DNA of 64,000 nt from Octopus sinensis (GCF_006345805.1 NC_043006.1:42222001-42286000); one strand, 5' to 3'. Positions 1-14,060 are shown, numbered from the stretch's first letter. Made by a program: numbers and translations. The notes: generated by a model from the sequence alone, not told the origin.

Positions 1-1053
1 CAAGTTTTCTGAGACTGGAATGCGACTGAAATTTTTAACAAGTGCAAGAAAGAGATTCTACAAGTATATTTGTAAAAGATTGGCTCTAGATATCGCATTA
101 ATGTTTATTTTCGGATATTGTGTATCTGATTTTATGTCTCTTTTAATGTCCAGTGAAATGTCCAGTGAGACATCGTCAGTAGTTTCGTCATGATCCCATT
201 GCTAAATATTATCATTGAGTTTTAAACTGGTTTCAATTCATCATCGGAATTTCGATTAATGATTTTTTTTTCTATATTCTGAAGCATGGATTTTCTCAAC
301 ACAACACGTAGGAAATATATTTCATTATTAAAATGCATACAACTCAACTTGATATTGACTTACCATAAACGTTTTCTTAATAAACATACTTTACAGACGT
401 CGACATGAGTGATACGACATGTGTATGCCTACGGTTTGCATTTGATGTTTATTCTCATAACGTTGTATTTGAAACTTAGTTCAGATCAATGCTCACAGTT
501 AAATGGAGATTTGGCAGTTGAGATTTCATTTCCATTGGATGGTCGTTGTCACTGAGTCCGTTACAATGGCATCACTATGATGATATAACGAAGGGGTTAC
601 GCAGGATTATATGCATTAGAGCTTCCTACGAATAGAATAATGTTAATACTCGCCCGTTGGGACATTTTGTAAAATATGGTAAGATGCAAGACGCGAACTA
701 GTTAATCTGCTCTGGTACACACTACAAGAAGTAGAAGGTTTTGTTGATACAAATAGGTAGTTATCCAATCGTTAAAAGACCCGTGATAGAGTATATAGTT
801 GCATCTTTTTTCATAGATGAGATAAAATAGAAATAAAGAAATAACTTGTTCCTCCCATGTAGTTTCTGTTACATACGAGTAATTTAAAACATCGGGAATT
901 TTGCTTATCTATAATGTATTACTGACAAGCAAAACGAAAACATTTTAAAATTAGATTTTAGCCTAGAAATCAGTAAGTAAATATATTAATATGTATTAAT
1001 ATTAAACATTTTCGTAAGAGCTATTTTGTTTTCTCCAAAATTAAACCTTGCAA

Positions 1054-1110
<57 letters not shown>

Positions 1111-2246
1111 TATTTGTGTATGTCTTAAGAGATATATTCTAGAAGTCATGCAAAAACACAACTGTAGAAAATTTTATTAATATATGCCTAATGATATATC
1201 GTTTACACTTCATTGAAAAACGCAAGCATTATGGTAATGATGTATTATATAAACACATCTGTTATATCCGTCAAAAATATCAACCAATCTGCTTATACCA
1301 AATATATTTCAACCTGTGACATTAAACTTCATTTCATATCTGAAAATATATTCCGTCCCCGAGATTCACTGAAGCATGAAAACTACAGTAGGGTGACCAC
1401 TTTAATCTTTGTCTCTTGAAAGAAAGAGAAAGAAAAAAGGATTAATGCCATCAAAATGTCAACGCTGAATGTAATCCTATAACTGAAGAAAAACTATTTA
1501 CAGAAGCTGGCCTACTGTATGAATTGAACACCCAACGTTTATGCTACTTTTCATGTAAGCATGATATCGAATCGATATTTGCATATTAATATCAGATCGG
1601 CATTTCCAACAGAGATTTTGCAAAACGATTCAACAAGCAATTTAATCTGAGAACATAAAAAGGAAAAAATTAAAACATCATTTTATGCTTTTCGTTATTT
1701 TTTTTTCCATTTCTAATTATGTAAAAGTTCGCAACCTAGTTTCGTCTAGTAGTAGTAGTAGTTTCAACTCTCTTAAGTTCTTGGATACCATACATTTCCA
1801 TGTTTCTCCTGCTTTTATATCGTCCGAAGCATTGCTGCTAATCGAGAAATCAATTGTCCTATTTTATATTTTACCTACATTCTTCTGATTTCAATCCGCA
1901 AGGAAATCAGCGTTACATTAATGCTTCCACGGCATCCACACTTATTACAGCACAGTTACAGAAAATATAAGTTTGGCTTCCACTTCAAATACAATCTTTC
2001 TTCAAATAGCTGTAGCCTCTACACCAACTGTTTTGACACCGAGAAAGATGCTGCAAAATTTGGCTACTAAAAATATATTAACTGGAGTCGATCCAGATAG
2101 ACGTTGAATATATTGTTAACCCAATCTGTTCTGATTTAACATCACTACATGATGTTTAAGTACTCTTAGTTTAATACAGTTGGCTTTGTTGCAGACATTT
2201 GGACCGGTCTCCGGTTGAGGATAACTTCTCTCTTTCTCTTATTTTG

Positions 2247-2655
2247 TTTATTGCCCACAAGGGGCTAAACATAGAGGAGACAAACAAGGACAGACAAATG
2301 GATTAAGTCGATTACATCGACCCCAGTGCGTAACTGGTACTTAATTTATAGACCCCGAAAGGATGAAAGCAAAGTCGACCTCGGCGGAATTTTAACTCAG
2401 AACGTATAGACAGACGAAATGCCTATTTCTTTACTGTCCACAAGGGGCTAAACACGGACGAGACAAACAAGGACAGACAAACGGATTAAGTCGATTATAT
2501 CGACCCAGTGCGTAACTAGTACTTATTTAATCGACCCCGAAAGGATGAAAGGCAAAGTCGACGTCGGTGGAATTTGAACTCAGAACGTAACGGCAGACGA
2601 AATACGGCTACGCATTTCGCCCGGCGTGCTAACGATTCTGCCAGCTCGCCGCCTT
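2247..2655 (-). mobile_element. tRNA-derived SINE family A (head ggcggcgagctggcagaatcgttagc), tandem partial plus full copy
   Basis: tRNA-like A/B box head. The same family recurs throughout the window. Confidence 0.8.
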
Positions 2656-3794
2656 ACTTCTCTCTTTCTCTTGTCAGTCTGGACGCGTCAGAAGTGCTGC
2701 TCTTCTCTCTCTAAGCGATGAAAATCATGGTATACTTTTAGGCTAACGACTTTTGTGAGTGAAGTTTTTCATAATAGAAACAATTAAAATATGCAAAACA
2801 CTCTAAAAATATTTATGAAATGAGACAAATCGTCTTGGTGTCAGTGTCTCAAGACCTTAAGACCAATAGGTTTTTATGACGCGTAAGTGGCCGAAATCAA
2901 AACATCGCCCTTGAACGGGACACCATTCCGTCGCAGACTCACTCATTTAGAGCTTAGTGGACGAAAGCAATGTGAAATGAAGTGTTTTACTCAAAGACAC
3001 AATGCAGCGCCCAGTCTTGGAATCGAAATCAGTATCCTTTGGTCGTGAAGGCAACACCGTAACCACTAGGCTATGTACCTTCACGAAAAATGAATGAATT
3101 ATGAGGGAAATCACATGACGTAACAGATGCCTTAACAAACGTAACAGATGCCTGGGTCTTTTAGGAGTTTCGAAAATGGGAAATGTTGGCCTTCTAAGAA
3201 TATTATTTAGGAATGAAATGAAAGTCTCCCATCATGAAATTCAAAATTACTCGTAGAGTTGGTTCGATATGGCATTTAAGAGTTAGAAACTAAAATTATT
3301 GGTTTTGTTCATCAAAAGAACAGCAGTACCATTTAGCCAAGCTTTATGTCACAGATATAGTTAACTCTTTCATCAGCCACAGAACTTAACTTCAGTTTTA
3401 ATCACGTGTCATGACGACCCACAGTGGTGGTCAGGCCACTGTAGATAAGTTTTCCCTAGACGTTTACGTGACTATTTCTAACAGTTAGTGATTTGAGTTA
3501 CGTAAAATAGTTTCTTATTTAGAGAGAAGGCCAGAAATTTTGGTGAAAGAGAATTAGTCAGGCGTAATTTAGTACTTTATACAGCCAGTCAGCCAGCCAT
3601 TTTTTTCTGGTTATCGTCACGTAGTTCAATGTAAAAGTATATCCGCTTGATGAATATATGCAGCTTGCTGTAAAGAGCGTGGCGTACTGATCTGAGTGTT
3701 ATCCTCCTGCTCACTACGATGTAGGTTCAAGTTTCTAACCAGTTGATACGATGTCCTTGAGCAAGGCACTTCATTTCACGTTTCTTTAACAGGC

Positions 3795-4190
3795 GTAGGA
3801 GTGCCTTTGTGTAAGTAGCTTGCTTACCAACCACATGATTCTGCGTGACACCTTGACCAAGTGTCTTCTACTATAACCTCGGGCCGACCAAAGCCTTGTG
3901 AGTGGATTTGGTAGACGGAAACTGAAAGAAGCCCGTTATATATATGTATATATATATGTGTGTGTGTATATGTGTGTATATACGTTTGTGTGTCTGTGTT
4001 TGTCCCCCCAACATCGCTGTACAACTGATGCTAGTGTGTTTACGTCCCCGTAACTTAGCGGTTCGGCAAAAGAGACCGATAAAATAAGTACTAGGCTTAC
4101 AAAGAATAAATCGTGGTGTCGATTTGCTCTACTAAAGACGGTGCTCCAGTATGGCCACAGTTGAATGACCGAAACAAGTAAAAGAGGAAA
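3795..4190 (+). mobile_element. SINE family B (head ggcgcaggcgtggctgtgtggtaagaagcttgc, internal microsatellite)
   Basis: gcttaccaaccacatg..ttcagtcc..ccttgggcaagtgtcttctactatagcctcgggccgacc core and gactgaaacaagtaaaag tail. Many copies in the window. Confidence 0.8.
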
Positions 4191-4235
4191 AGAGTATTGA
4201 TTCAGTTCATTCAGCTTAAAATTAGTGATAGGAAG

Positions 4236-4800
4236 AGTTGCTTGCTTGCTTCATGCTCTTACTTGATGGGGCTGAGGTCATCCAAAGTTAGTGGTCCCAG
4301 AGATGCCATCATTGCGACGAGCCTACAAAGTCCATCAGTGCTCTCCATCGTCGGTGGTCACCTGCCAGCCCCTCTGCATCCTAGGTGGCGTCGAGCTTCT
4401 GGAGATCTTTCTTAATTACGTCTAGCCATCTGGTGAGGGGTCTGCCACGAGGCTTCTTCCAGCCCGCAGCTGCTACGTCAAATGAGACTAAGGCCGTGGT
4501 AGGATGATCTAGTGGGAGACAGGGGACATGTCCATACCGGTGCATACAACGGATAGCTATAAGGTGGGAGGCTGCAGGCTGATGCGTGCGCGCACGCAGT
4601 TCTTCGTTGGTAACGTGATGGTACCACCTGATGTGATGTTCTCAATGGTTCTCAGGGCTCTGCTATCGAAACCGTCGATCTTCTTGACCAACGTCTTCAA
4701 GAGGGACCACGTTTCTACACTATAGAGGAAGATGGAGAGGACCGATGCGTTGTAAATGCGGAGCTTCATCTTCCGGAAGTTAGAGCATTGGTGTCAGAGG
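4236..4800 (-). mobile_element. RTE-clade LINE 3' fragment
   Basis: KLRIYNASVLSIFLYSVETW...IDGFDSRALRTI (4557-4769) and a (GCAA)n tail at 4236-4250. Confidence 0.75.
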
Positions 4801-5209
4801 GGCTTTCATAGGAAGCACATGAAACATGCAAGCCCACTCGCCATGACAAGGCCAAACCCAGGAGAGGAGGTGAACTTGAAAGAGCTGAAGAATTAATCCT
4901 TCGACGAACTTGTGTCCTGTCCAGAAGCAGGAGTTTTGTATTTTCGGTTCCTTAAACCTCGCAGAAACTGTGATTATCTCCGCTTCTTGAGCTTATAGGA
5001 TCGATGCAGACATTTTAGATTTTGTTAAATTCTCGAGACATATTACTTCCTTTTATGCTTTTGATACCTGTAAACCACTGCTGCTCCTAGTTTTATTCTA
5101 ATATTTCTAAATTGTTTAGGACTTATTCTAAGTAGTAGATCACTGTGCGGTGTATACTTTGTCCTATCAAATCCAGTACTGCATTGTACAAATTTTTTTT
5201 CCATCCATC

Positions 5210-5500
5210 TTCTCCACTCACTATTCCTGAGAGAGTCACGAGGGTAGAGGCGACAGTCACTTCTTTTATTGGGTTTTCTCAGAAGCAACCATCATTTAAC
5301 TTCCCATGTGGATTCCCAAGCTGGACCAACTGAGACTATGGACATTATCCAACCACCCTGTTCTTGGCCTACCCCTAGCACTCCTGATGCTTGGTTCGGT
5401 TTGAAGAATCCGGCTTTTGGTTCTTTCCTGCGACATTCTAACCACATATCCATAGTACCGGAGCTGTGGTCTCTCAATTCAGAGAAGTAGCGGCTCAGTC
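5210..5500 (-). mobile_element. Second RTE-clade LINE 3' fragment
   Basis: My minus-strand translation RYYGYVVRMSQERTKSRILQ..RGRPRTGWLDNVHSLSWSSLGI matches the RTE C-terminal RW.GHV.RM...RGRPR..W.D motif. Confidence 0.7.
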
Positions 5501-6944
5501 TGGAACGATTTCAGAGATCCTACAAATTTCAAATACCATAATTTTAAGGCCAATAGATTAAATACCAGTAATTACTGTATTGATTATATGCGTTCGCCTT
5601 ACAATATATATATCTTGTTACTTTGTCAGAATATATCAACATTCCCATGGAGAAAACTGAACTCGAATAATGTATCAAGAGGTTCAGCAAAGTAGTTGTT
5701 TAATCATGTCTGTAACAAACTCACTATTTCTCTCCCTTACTCTCTTTCTCACTCTCTCTCACTATCGCTACCTCTCTCTCTCACTCACTCTCTCACTCTC
5801 TCTCGCTCACTCCATCTTTTTTTTTCTTCTCTATTTTCTCTTTGATGATTAAATTAGAAACAATAATTGAAATGATCTACAGAGACTCCTATCTTGTGTT
5901 TCTATTTAAATACCTACTTTATTAGCATCAATAGACTATAACTATTTCACTGTAGGTGGCTGACTTGAAAACTAATGCCCCTGTCTCAAGTTCATTGTTT
6001 CGTTTCATTAACACCGAACAACAGTTGAAGACAAATTTAACCTCATATGTTGCTAAAGGCAAGTAGATTCGGTTACGTTAGTATTTCCGTCCTTAAAATT
6101 TTCCCATAATTTAGAAACAGGATGTAAATAATCAGAGCAGTAAGTGATGATATTCCGTCTTAAGAAACTCAAAATGAAATAAATCGAGAATGACTGGTGT
6201 TACTAAAATATACTTATTTATTAAGAACCGTATGTTCACTTTCTGTAGATCCGGGTGAAACTCAAGCATATCTCTATGAAGATTTATAAATACACAAATC
6301 ACATCCGCATACAAGGACCCTGCATACTCATAAAATCACTCATGCACACATACATGCACTCACACACACACAGTAAAATTCGCAGATTTCGCAAAATTAA
6401 AAATACGATTTGCACTCTGACAAAAGCAGATATGATCTTACTCTTTTTATGTATTCATAGATTGTGTTTTTCTTAACAATGTAGCAAGCTTTGAAAGTAG
6501 TGACCCATGCAGATATACTTTGGTCAAATATTATGTCGCCCTGAAAAAGACCTAATTTTTCTATATAGATATCACACACACATCAGCTAACCTAAATTTA
6601 AAAAGCTACACCCACACAAAATTTAATATTCTTGTCTTAGATTCAATGCATCTGCCTATTTAAATGTGTTATACCCCGATCTCTCGAACCATTGTCACGT
6701 GATTATCTACGCCCATTTGTGCTAGACGGTATATTTTTGCTTTAAAATTCCTCGCAGTTTGATTGATTTAAACACTAAACATTTATTTTGAATCTGCAAT
6801 GTTAAAGCTTCCTACTACTGTTCTCAAACTTTCCGTTCAGCGAGAGAGGCACTCGAGGAACTGGCCGAAAAAGAAGCTAGCAGCAGTACTAATTTTGAAT
6901 ATATGTTATTGAAACAGCAATTATCATTCACAAATACTAAAGCG

Positions 6945-7170
6945 TTGAGCTGATAAAATCGTTAGCGAATGAAACAAAATGTTTAGCGACAATGACATTT
7001 CGTCCGTCTTTACGCTCGAGTTCAAATTCTGCCGAGGTCGACTTTAATTTTCATCCTCTGTGGTGGGGTCGATGAAATAAGTACCAGTTGAGTCCTGGGG
7101 TCGATATAATCAGCTTAACTTCTCCCTTAAAATTACTATCCGTGCTCCACAGTTTGAAGCTATTATTCAC
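6945..7170 (+). mobile_element. SINE family A copy
   Basis: gagttcaaattctgccgaggtcgacttt...ggggtcgat family core. Confidence 0.7.
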
Positions 7171-7544
7171 AAATGCATTTCTATTGAAACATGGTAAAAC
7201 AACACATTTCTTGAGAAATGTAACCCAATTGAAAACTTGAAGAATTATTGCCTCTACTTTGTAAATTTAAGATGTGCATATCTAATTAACTAATCTGCAT
7301 ATTTGATTAGATATTAAATTTGTTGTTCTTCTAAAGAATGCAGCTTAGTAAATTAATCAGCATACCGTCTGCTACCTATACAAATTGAAATATTTGATTT
7401 GCACATATTAATTATCTGAATGCAGTCATTTTTTTTCTATCTTCTACAAATGCTCTTCATAATTTTGATGAGAACTGTATTTTCAAGAATATGTTGTGCC
7501 AATACACAAGTAAAATACATATTTGCAATTCTTATATTCTTTTA

Positions 7545-7904
7545 CTTGTTTCAGTCATTTTGACTGCGGCTGTGCTGGAGCACCGCTTTTAGTCGAGCAA
7601 ATTGGTCCCAGGACTTATTCTGTGTAAGCCTAGTACTTATTCTATCAGTTTCTTTTGCCGAACCGCAAAATTACGGGGATGTAAACACACCAACATCAAT
7701 TGTCAAGCGATGGTGGAGGAACAAACACACAAATACATACATACATATATATTTTTTTCTTCTTTTTCCTATGTTTCTGACGAAGAGCTTCGCTCGATAC
7801 GTTAAACCCTCCTTCTTCCCTTCCTTCATGAGCGTCCAATAATACTATATTTGTTCCATGTCCTCGCGTTGTTGTGTTTTCTCTTTGTGTTTTCATGTTT
7901 GGAT

Positions 7905-7966
<62 letters not shown>

Positions 7967-8130
7967 GACGTGCTTCTTTCAGTTTCCCTCTACCAAACCC
8001 ACTCACAAGGCTTTAGTTGGCCCAAGGCTATAGTAGTAGACACTTTCCCAAGGTGCCATGCAGTGGGGGGACTAAACCCGAAACCATGTGGTTGGTAAGC
8101 AAGCTTCTTACCACACAGTCATTCCTGCGA
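7545..8130 (-). mobile_element. SINE family B copy split by the Penelope-like insert at 7765-7915
   Basis: 3' half at 7545-7745, 5' half at 7965-8130. Confidence 0.7.
7765..7915 (+). mobile_element. Truncated copy of the same Penelope-like terminal repeat
   Basis: CTGACGA at 7777-7783, gagc/gctc stem, GATAC in place of GAAAC. Followed by (TA)n. Confidence 0.6.
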
Positions 8131-8761
8131 CTATATGTTTATATGTTATATTAAAAACAAAACTACAAAAGTGTGAGTTCTGTATTTATGTATCAAGTTT
8201 ATAAAATACAGGATTTTTTTTACTAATGACACAAAAATACATTACTTTGTCTATAAATTGCATTTCATAATTGATCTTACTTCGTTTTGAAAAGAACTTT
8301 TAATTGTGATGACTCTAGAAAGAGTAGTCCAGCTTGCTTAAATTTTCACCGAATGAAATCTGATGCCAAGATTTTGAAAATTCCTGTTTTGCACGTACCT
8401 AATATATTTGAATTTTCAAACTTCTTTATGGGGTTCTAGAACAATATAATTGGTTCTGTCGGCACCATACAATAGCATAAGATGACGTCATGCAAAATGG
8501 AAAATCATGGCGTCATAAAACCACAAATAACAGAAGTATTAAATGAACTGTACTGTTACTGTGTGAATAATATAGCGAATGCTGACAAAGGTTACGAGTT
8601 CATATAATGGCGACACAGAATAACAAATTAAATATCTAATGGTGTTCAGTTACATCATTTCATGTTCTGGTTTCTGATTGTTCCAGCGTTGAAAAAAGTA
8701 CCATTGAATTACTGATCTCACTTCAATCTTCAACTGCTTTCAATTTTCACAAAATATGTGA

Positions 8762-8914
8762 CGCAGCCGTGGCTGTGCGGCATGAAGCTTGCTTCCCAAC
8801 CACATGGCTTCAGTCCTACCACGTAGCACCTTGGGAAAGTGTCATCTACTCTAGGCTCGGGCCAACAAAAGCTTTGTGAGTGGATTTGATAGAGGAAAAC
8901 TGAAAGAAGCCCGT

Positions 8915-8959
<45 letters not shown>

Positions 8960-9295
8960 TATATATAGTGTCTTCTACTATAGCCTCGGGCTGACCAAAG
9001 CCTTGTGAGTGGATTTGGTAAACGGAAACTGAAAGAAGCCCGTCGTATATATATATATATGTGTGTGTGTGTATGTATATGTTTGTGTCTGTGTTTGTCC
9101 CCCCCCCCCAACATCGCTTGAGAACCGATACTGGTGTGTTTAGGTCCCTGTCACTTAGCGGTTCGGCAAGAGAGACCGATAGAATAAGTACTAGGTTTAC
9201 AAAGAATAAGTTCTGGGGTCGATTTTCTCGACTAAAGGTGGTGCTCCAGCATAGCACAGTCAAATGACTGAAACAAATAAAAAGTAAAAAAGTAA
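8762..9295 (+). mobile_element. SINE family B copy with internal duplication
   Basis: The gtcttctactatagcctcggg..gaaagaagcccgtcgt segment occurs twice, separated by (TA)n. Confidence 0.75.
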
Positions 9296-9303
9296 GTAAA
9301 ATG

Positions 9304-9389
<86 letters not shown>

Positions 9390-9599
9390 GTGGTATTTCG
9401 TTATGCAACCATAACATACTATAAAGTATATCAAATGTTTTTTTATAAGACAATACCACGTCCTACTACGTTAATAGTGCTATGTAAATTATTTTGTTAT
9501 AGAAATTATAGCCATCGTTAATTTTTGCTACAACGTTTCGAATCGAGATGTCAGATGTAAACTAACAATAAGATCGAAGAGAAAAATGGGTAATGTGTG

Positions 9600-9965
9600 T
9601 ATATATGCCATATTCCGGATGGTTTGCCCCTTCATCAGCAGCCATCCAACAACCCATTCTCGCCTCCGAAAATATTGCTTACATAGCCACCGCATACAGC
9701 GGTGTTAAGTTATTGGATATACCAATTTAAATACTAAACGCATTCCTGAGGCTGGTATATAAAGACTGCATGACGAAATACCACCTACCTATAAACCTTT
9801 CGTCCTTGCATACCAGCTCCAGGAATGCGTTCATTATGTAAATTGGTATATGCAATAACTTAACACCGCTGTATGCGGTGGCTATGTAAGCAATGTTTTC
9901 GGAGGCCAGAATAGGTTGGATGGGTGTTTGTGAAGGGGAAAATCACCCAAATATGGCATATACAC
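9600..9965. repeat. Foldback (long inverted repeat) element with ~180 bp arms
   Basis: 9675-9715 is a perfect 41-bp reverse complement of 9853-9893. Imperfect pairing extends to tatatgccatatt / aatatggcatata and inward to gcatgacgaaa / tttcgtccttgc. Confidence 0.9.
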
Positions 9966-10480
9966 TCATTACACACGCTCACACAAACACACACACACGT
10001 GCTTGTGTTTGTGTTAGTCTTTCTACCACCGTTTGACAACCGGTTCTGATGTGTTTCCATCTCCGTGACTTAGCGGTTCGGCAAAAGATACCGAGAGAAT
10101 AAGTACCAGGCTTTTAGAATATTCGACTAAATATTCGACTAAAAATTCTTCAGAGCGATGCCCCAACATGGCTGCAGTCTAATGACTGAAACAAGTAAAA
10201 AATTCTATGCAAGTTATAGATTAAGTTTTAATAACTGTCATATGTTTAGTATTTTAACTCTCGTTTGGATTACATTTAACTTTCGAACTGCCATGGAAAA
10301 GAACAAAATGGTAATATACTGAAACGGAATTCATCTGCTGCACAGCGTTTCCTGATACATAGAAATTCTTGCACAAATTAGATGTATCACCTAGTATCTA
10401 ATACGTGTAGGGGGTGTCTGGGAAGAGATTTCTTCAGCAGAGGTGACAAGATGTAAAGAACAGGGAATCAGTAAGGTTGC

Positions 10481-10683
10481 ACGAGAGGGTGTTGAAAACT
10501 TCTTAGCTTTAAGGGTATCGCGAAAGGCCTTCCGAGTTTTTTTTACAAGGATTAGAATAACCGAAGGCCTGCTGCAATAAGTATGTGAATCTGAGAGGTG
10601 ATTATGTTGAATAAAATCATAATTAACTGATCCTCCTGTATTTTCTTTTACCCAAAGCCAGGAACTTTTCCACACCCTCTCGT
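10481..10683. mobile_element. Mariner-derived MITE
   Basis: TIRs acgagagggtgttgaaaactt / aacttttccacaccctctcgt. A second copy lies in opposite orientation at 57821-58042. Confidence 0.75.
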
Positions 10684-11287
10684 GTGTCTCAAAGACACAA
10701 AGTTCTATGAAAGGAAAATAGTGATTTTCTTGCAGTTATTTATATAAAAGCAATATGTAACGGCTGAAATGATGTGAATACTTCCCGTTCTCGCAAGTAA
10801 AATGAAAAGTATCTGAAATTTTATAACAGATCTGTTTCGGAATAACTGTCTCTCACTAGAGAAGATATACCAACATTTCTTCGGTTGCTCAGACGAATTT
10901 TTAATCTAAATCGATATGCGTTGGCTGTATCCTAACACAATATTACATTAACAGCCGTCCTGACCTGCATATAATAGATAGTTGGTCTTGTAGTAAATTA
11001 AATAGGCAGAATACATATAGCTACATTATACATGTTTCAGATTTTCTGAAATACGAGATGATTTTCTATAGACAGATAAATAGATAAACAGATGGATAGA
11101 CAGACAGACAGATATATATGCATTATATGTATATGAATTAGAGAATAACCACCATGTAGCAATTCAACAATGATATGCTTAAATCATACCATATAGAAAA
11201 AAATTAAAGATACGATGAAACATTTACCTAAAACTAAAGTACGAAATAATAAATAAATAGTATATAATTAGTAAATAGACTACACGT

Positions 11288-11325
<38 letters not shown>

Positions 11326-11395
11326 TATATATATACATATGTGAAGATGTATATATATATATATACACACATCTGTGTAGGTATATATCTATAGT

Positions 11396-11502
<107 letters not shown>

Positions 11503-11580
11503 AGGTATATATTTATAAATATATATATATATACATATGTGTAGGTATATATCTAAATATATATATTTATACATATGTGT

Positions 11581-11631
<51 letters not shown>

Positions 11632-12249
11632 TATACATATATACATATATATATATATACGTATATATATATATATTATATATATATATATATATATAAT
11701 ATATTATATATATATATACACATAAATATATCGTGGCACTAAGTCGGTTGCGACGACGAGGGTTCCAGTTGATCCGATTAATGGAACAGCCAGCTCGTGA
11801 AATTAACGTGCATGTGGCTGAGCACGCACTCCAGAGACTCGTGTACCCTTAACGTAGTTCTCGGGAAGATTCAGCGTGACACAGAGTTTGACAAGTCTAG
11901 CCCCTTTGAAATACAGGTACAACAGAACCATGAAGAAAAAGTGATAGAAAGTTGTGGTGAAAGAGTACACCAGGGTTCGCCACTCACCCCCTGCCGGAGC
12001 CTTGTGCAACTTTAGATGTTTTTGGTCAATAAACACTCACTACGCCCGGTCTGGGAATCGAAACAGCGATCTTACCACCGCGAGTCCGGTGCTACTTCTA
12101 CTGCAAAAACACGCCCCGGTGACCACGTACATTACTCAGCTATCCAGAATGCACTAACTATCGCTTATGTTTACATGGCCGTGCTGCGAGGCTGCACATT
12201 TTTTATGCGGTTTCATGTACTCGTACCCATCAGTATAAGATCAGGGAAC

Positions 12250-12390
12250 AGAAAAAATATACGAAGACGCCTGACCCTAACAAACGTCGCAAAACGAGTG
12301 TATCTTCTACAGAAGATAGAGGTGATCAAGAAAATACGTGACGGCGGAAGCTTTTCTACTGTGGACCACGAGTTTGATACCAATGAATCT
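12250..12390 (+). mobile_element. Pogo/Tigger transposase remnant (CENP-B-type HTH)
   Basis: LLQKIEVIKKIRDGGSFSTVDHEFDTNES within ORF 12016-12477 resembles the TL..K.EII...E.G.S...AR.F...EST motif. Confidence 0.5.
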
Positions 12391-13727
12391 ATTACAGTGT
12401 GTGGCGTTGAATCACTGATTCATTTATCAAAATGTTTTGGTGTGTGTGTTTTTCTTTATTATTTGATGGTGGGTTAGAATCAAACCCCTGTGATAAACGG
12501 AGACGTATATATTTGGAAGTAAGATTACCTCAAATTTGTGGTTTGCTGCTTCAGAAGACTTCAGAAATCATCTTTAAATGATAACCTTATTCAATGATGA
12601 TATTGTTTTGTTCTTGTTTAACTCCAGGTCTACACTGATCGAACCACCCTATGGCCATAGACGTTCCGGCTATAACCAAGCCGTTTTTTTCCGTTCTCAC
12701 ACAATACACTCCAAACCACCTTATTCAATATGTATTCCATCGCTTCAGAACGTTGTTCATGATATGATGAAAATTTGACTGTTATTTCTAGGAGGTGAGC
12801 TACAATATTGAGGCTCCCACATTGGCTTGAGGTCTTCTTCTAAAAAATATTTAAATATTTGATCGTTTTATCGCTACTAAAGACCAAAGACAGATCAATT
12901 TCTTCTTCATTGCTGCAGCTATTATTGATAAATTATTATTCCAGAAACGTGTTACTCGTCAATTTCAGGATTTATGAAGAAATGGTAATACCGATTTTTT
13001 TTTTATTTTCATTCCCTACCTTCCATTTAAAAGAAAGTTAACAATGGGTTTTAATACTATTTCTGTATTCATTTCAGGAACTCAGAGTAATTCTTCTTAT
13101 TAGGTTATTCTAATCCAAAACCAGTTACTTGATTATGTTTCTGTATTTCTTTCTATGCCGGGTCCCTGTTGCTATTTCTGGGGCTAGAAATCTAATTTTT
13201 GTTTTGTTCTCTTTCTTTCTCTGTATCTCCCTCTCCCCCTCCCTCACCCTCTTTCTCCATCTCTGTTTCTCCGTTTTACTCTCTTCCTCTCTGTCTCTGC
13301 TGACTGGGATTTTTTCAACTTCTATTTCCACAATAACCCTCACTCTTTGAAGCCCCTACAGGGTCTTCATTTCAGCAAACAAAGAAGTCTTTTATTGTTG
13401 ATAATTTATTTACTTCAGTCATTGAATTGTGGTCATGCTAGAGCACTGCCTTGAAGGGTTTAGCCGAACAAATCAACTTCGGTATTTACGTTTAAGTGTG
13501 GCACGTATTTGATCGGTTTCTCTTGCCTAAACCGTTAAGATACGGGAACCTAAACAAGCGGCGGGTGGACATACAGAAGCACAAAGACACACATACAAAC
13601 ACACACATCTCCGTTTATCATGGGGATTTGATTCCAATCCCCCGTCAAATAAAAATCTAAACCCTTTATGGACGAGAAACCCAAGGTTATCCCATAAACC
13701 GGCTTTGCCCATTTTTAACATATATAT

Positions 13728-13930
13728 TAAATGTGATCTCGTGTGTACCGTTGGCGATTTTTTTTCCTCTATCTTCCCTTCTCTGGATCTTTCCTTCTCC
13801 TATGTTTCCGACGAAGAGCTCCGCTCGAAACGTTAAACCCTCCTTCTTTCCTGAGCGTCCAATAATACTATATTTGTTCCACGTCCTCGCGTTGTTATGT
13901 TTTTTTGTGCTTTCTTGTTTGGATTAACTT
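13728..13930 (+). mobile_element. Penelope-like terminal repeat with variant minimal hammerhead (CCGACGA core)
   Basis: gttt-CCGACGA-a-gagc(tcc)gctc-GAAAC-GTT-aaac at 13804-13838. Family copies at 7765-7915 and 29090-29300. Ends in (TA)n. Confidence 0.65.
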
Positions 13931-14060
13931 TATATATATATATATAACCACACAAATTTGAGCTCATTTTTTAAATATATTTTAACATTAACGTTTTTTT
14001 ATGTTATTTCTATTTTATTTATTTGTTTCTGTTTTTTTTTTTTGTTGAATTCTATTCTAG

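Noticed and set aside
6397-6579. GLFQGD motif suggesting an RT or astacin fragment
   Set aside because: An isolated six-residue match with no supporting motifs.
12600-12635. Recursive splice site (polypyrimidine-AG|GT)
   Set aside because: The regenerated donor GTCTAC is weak.
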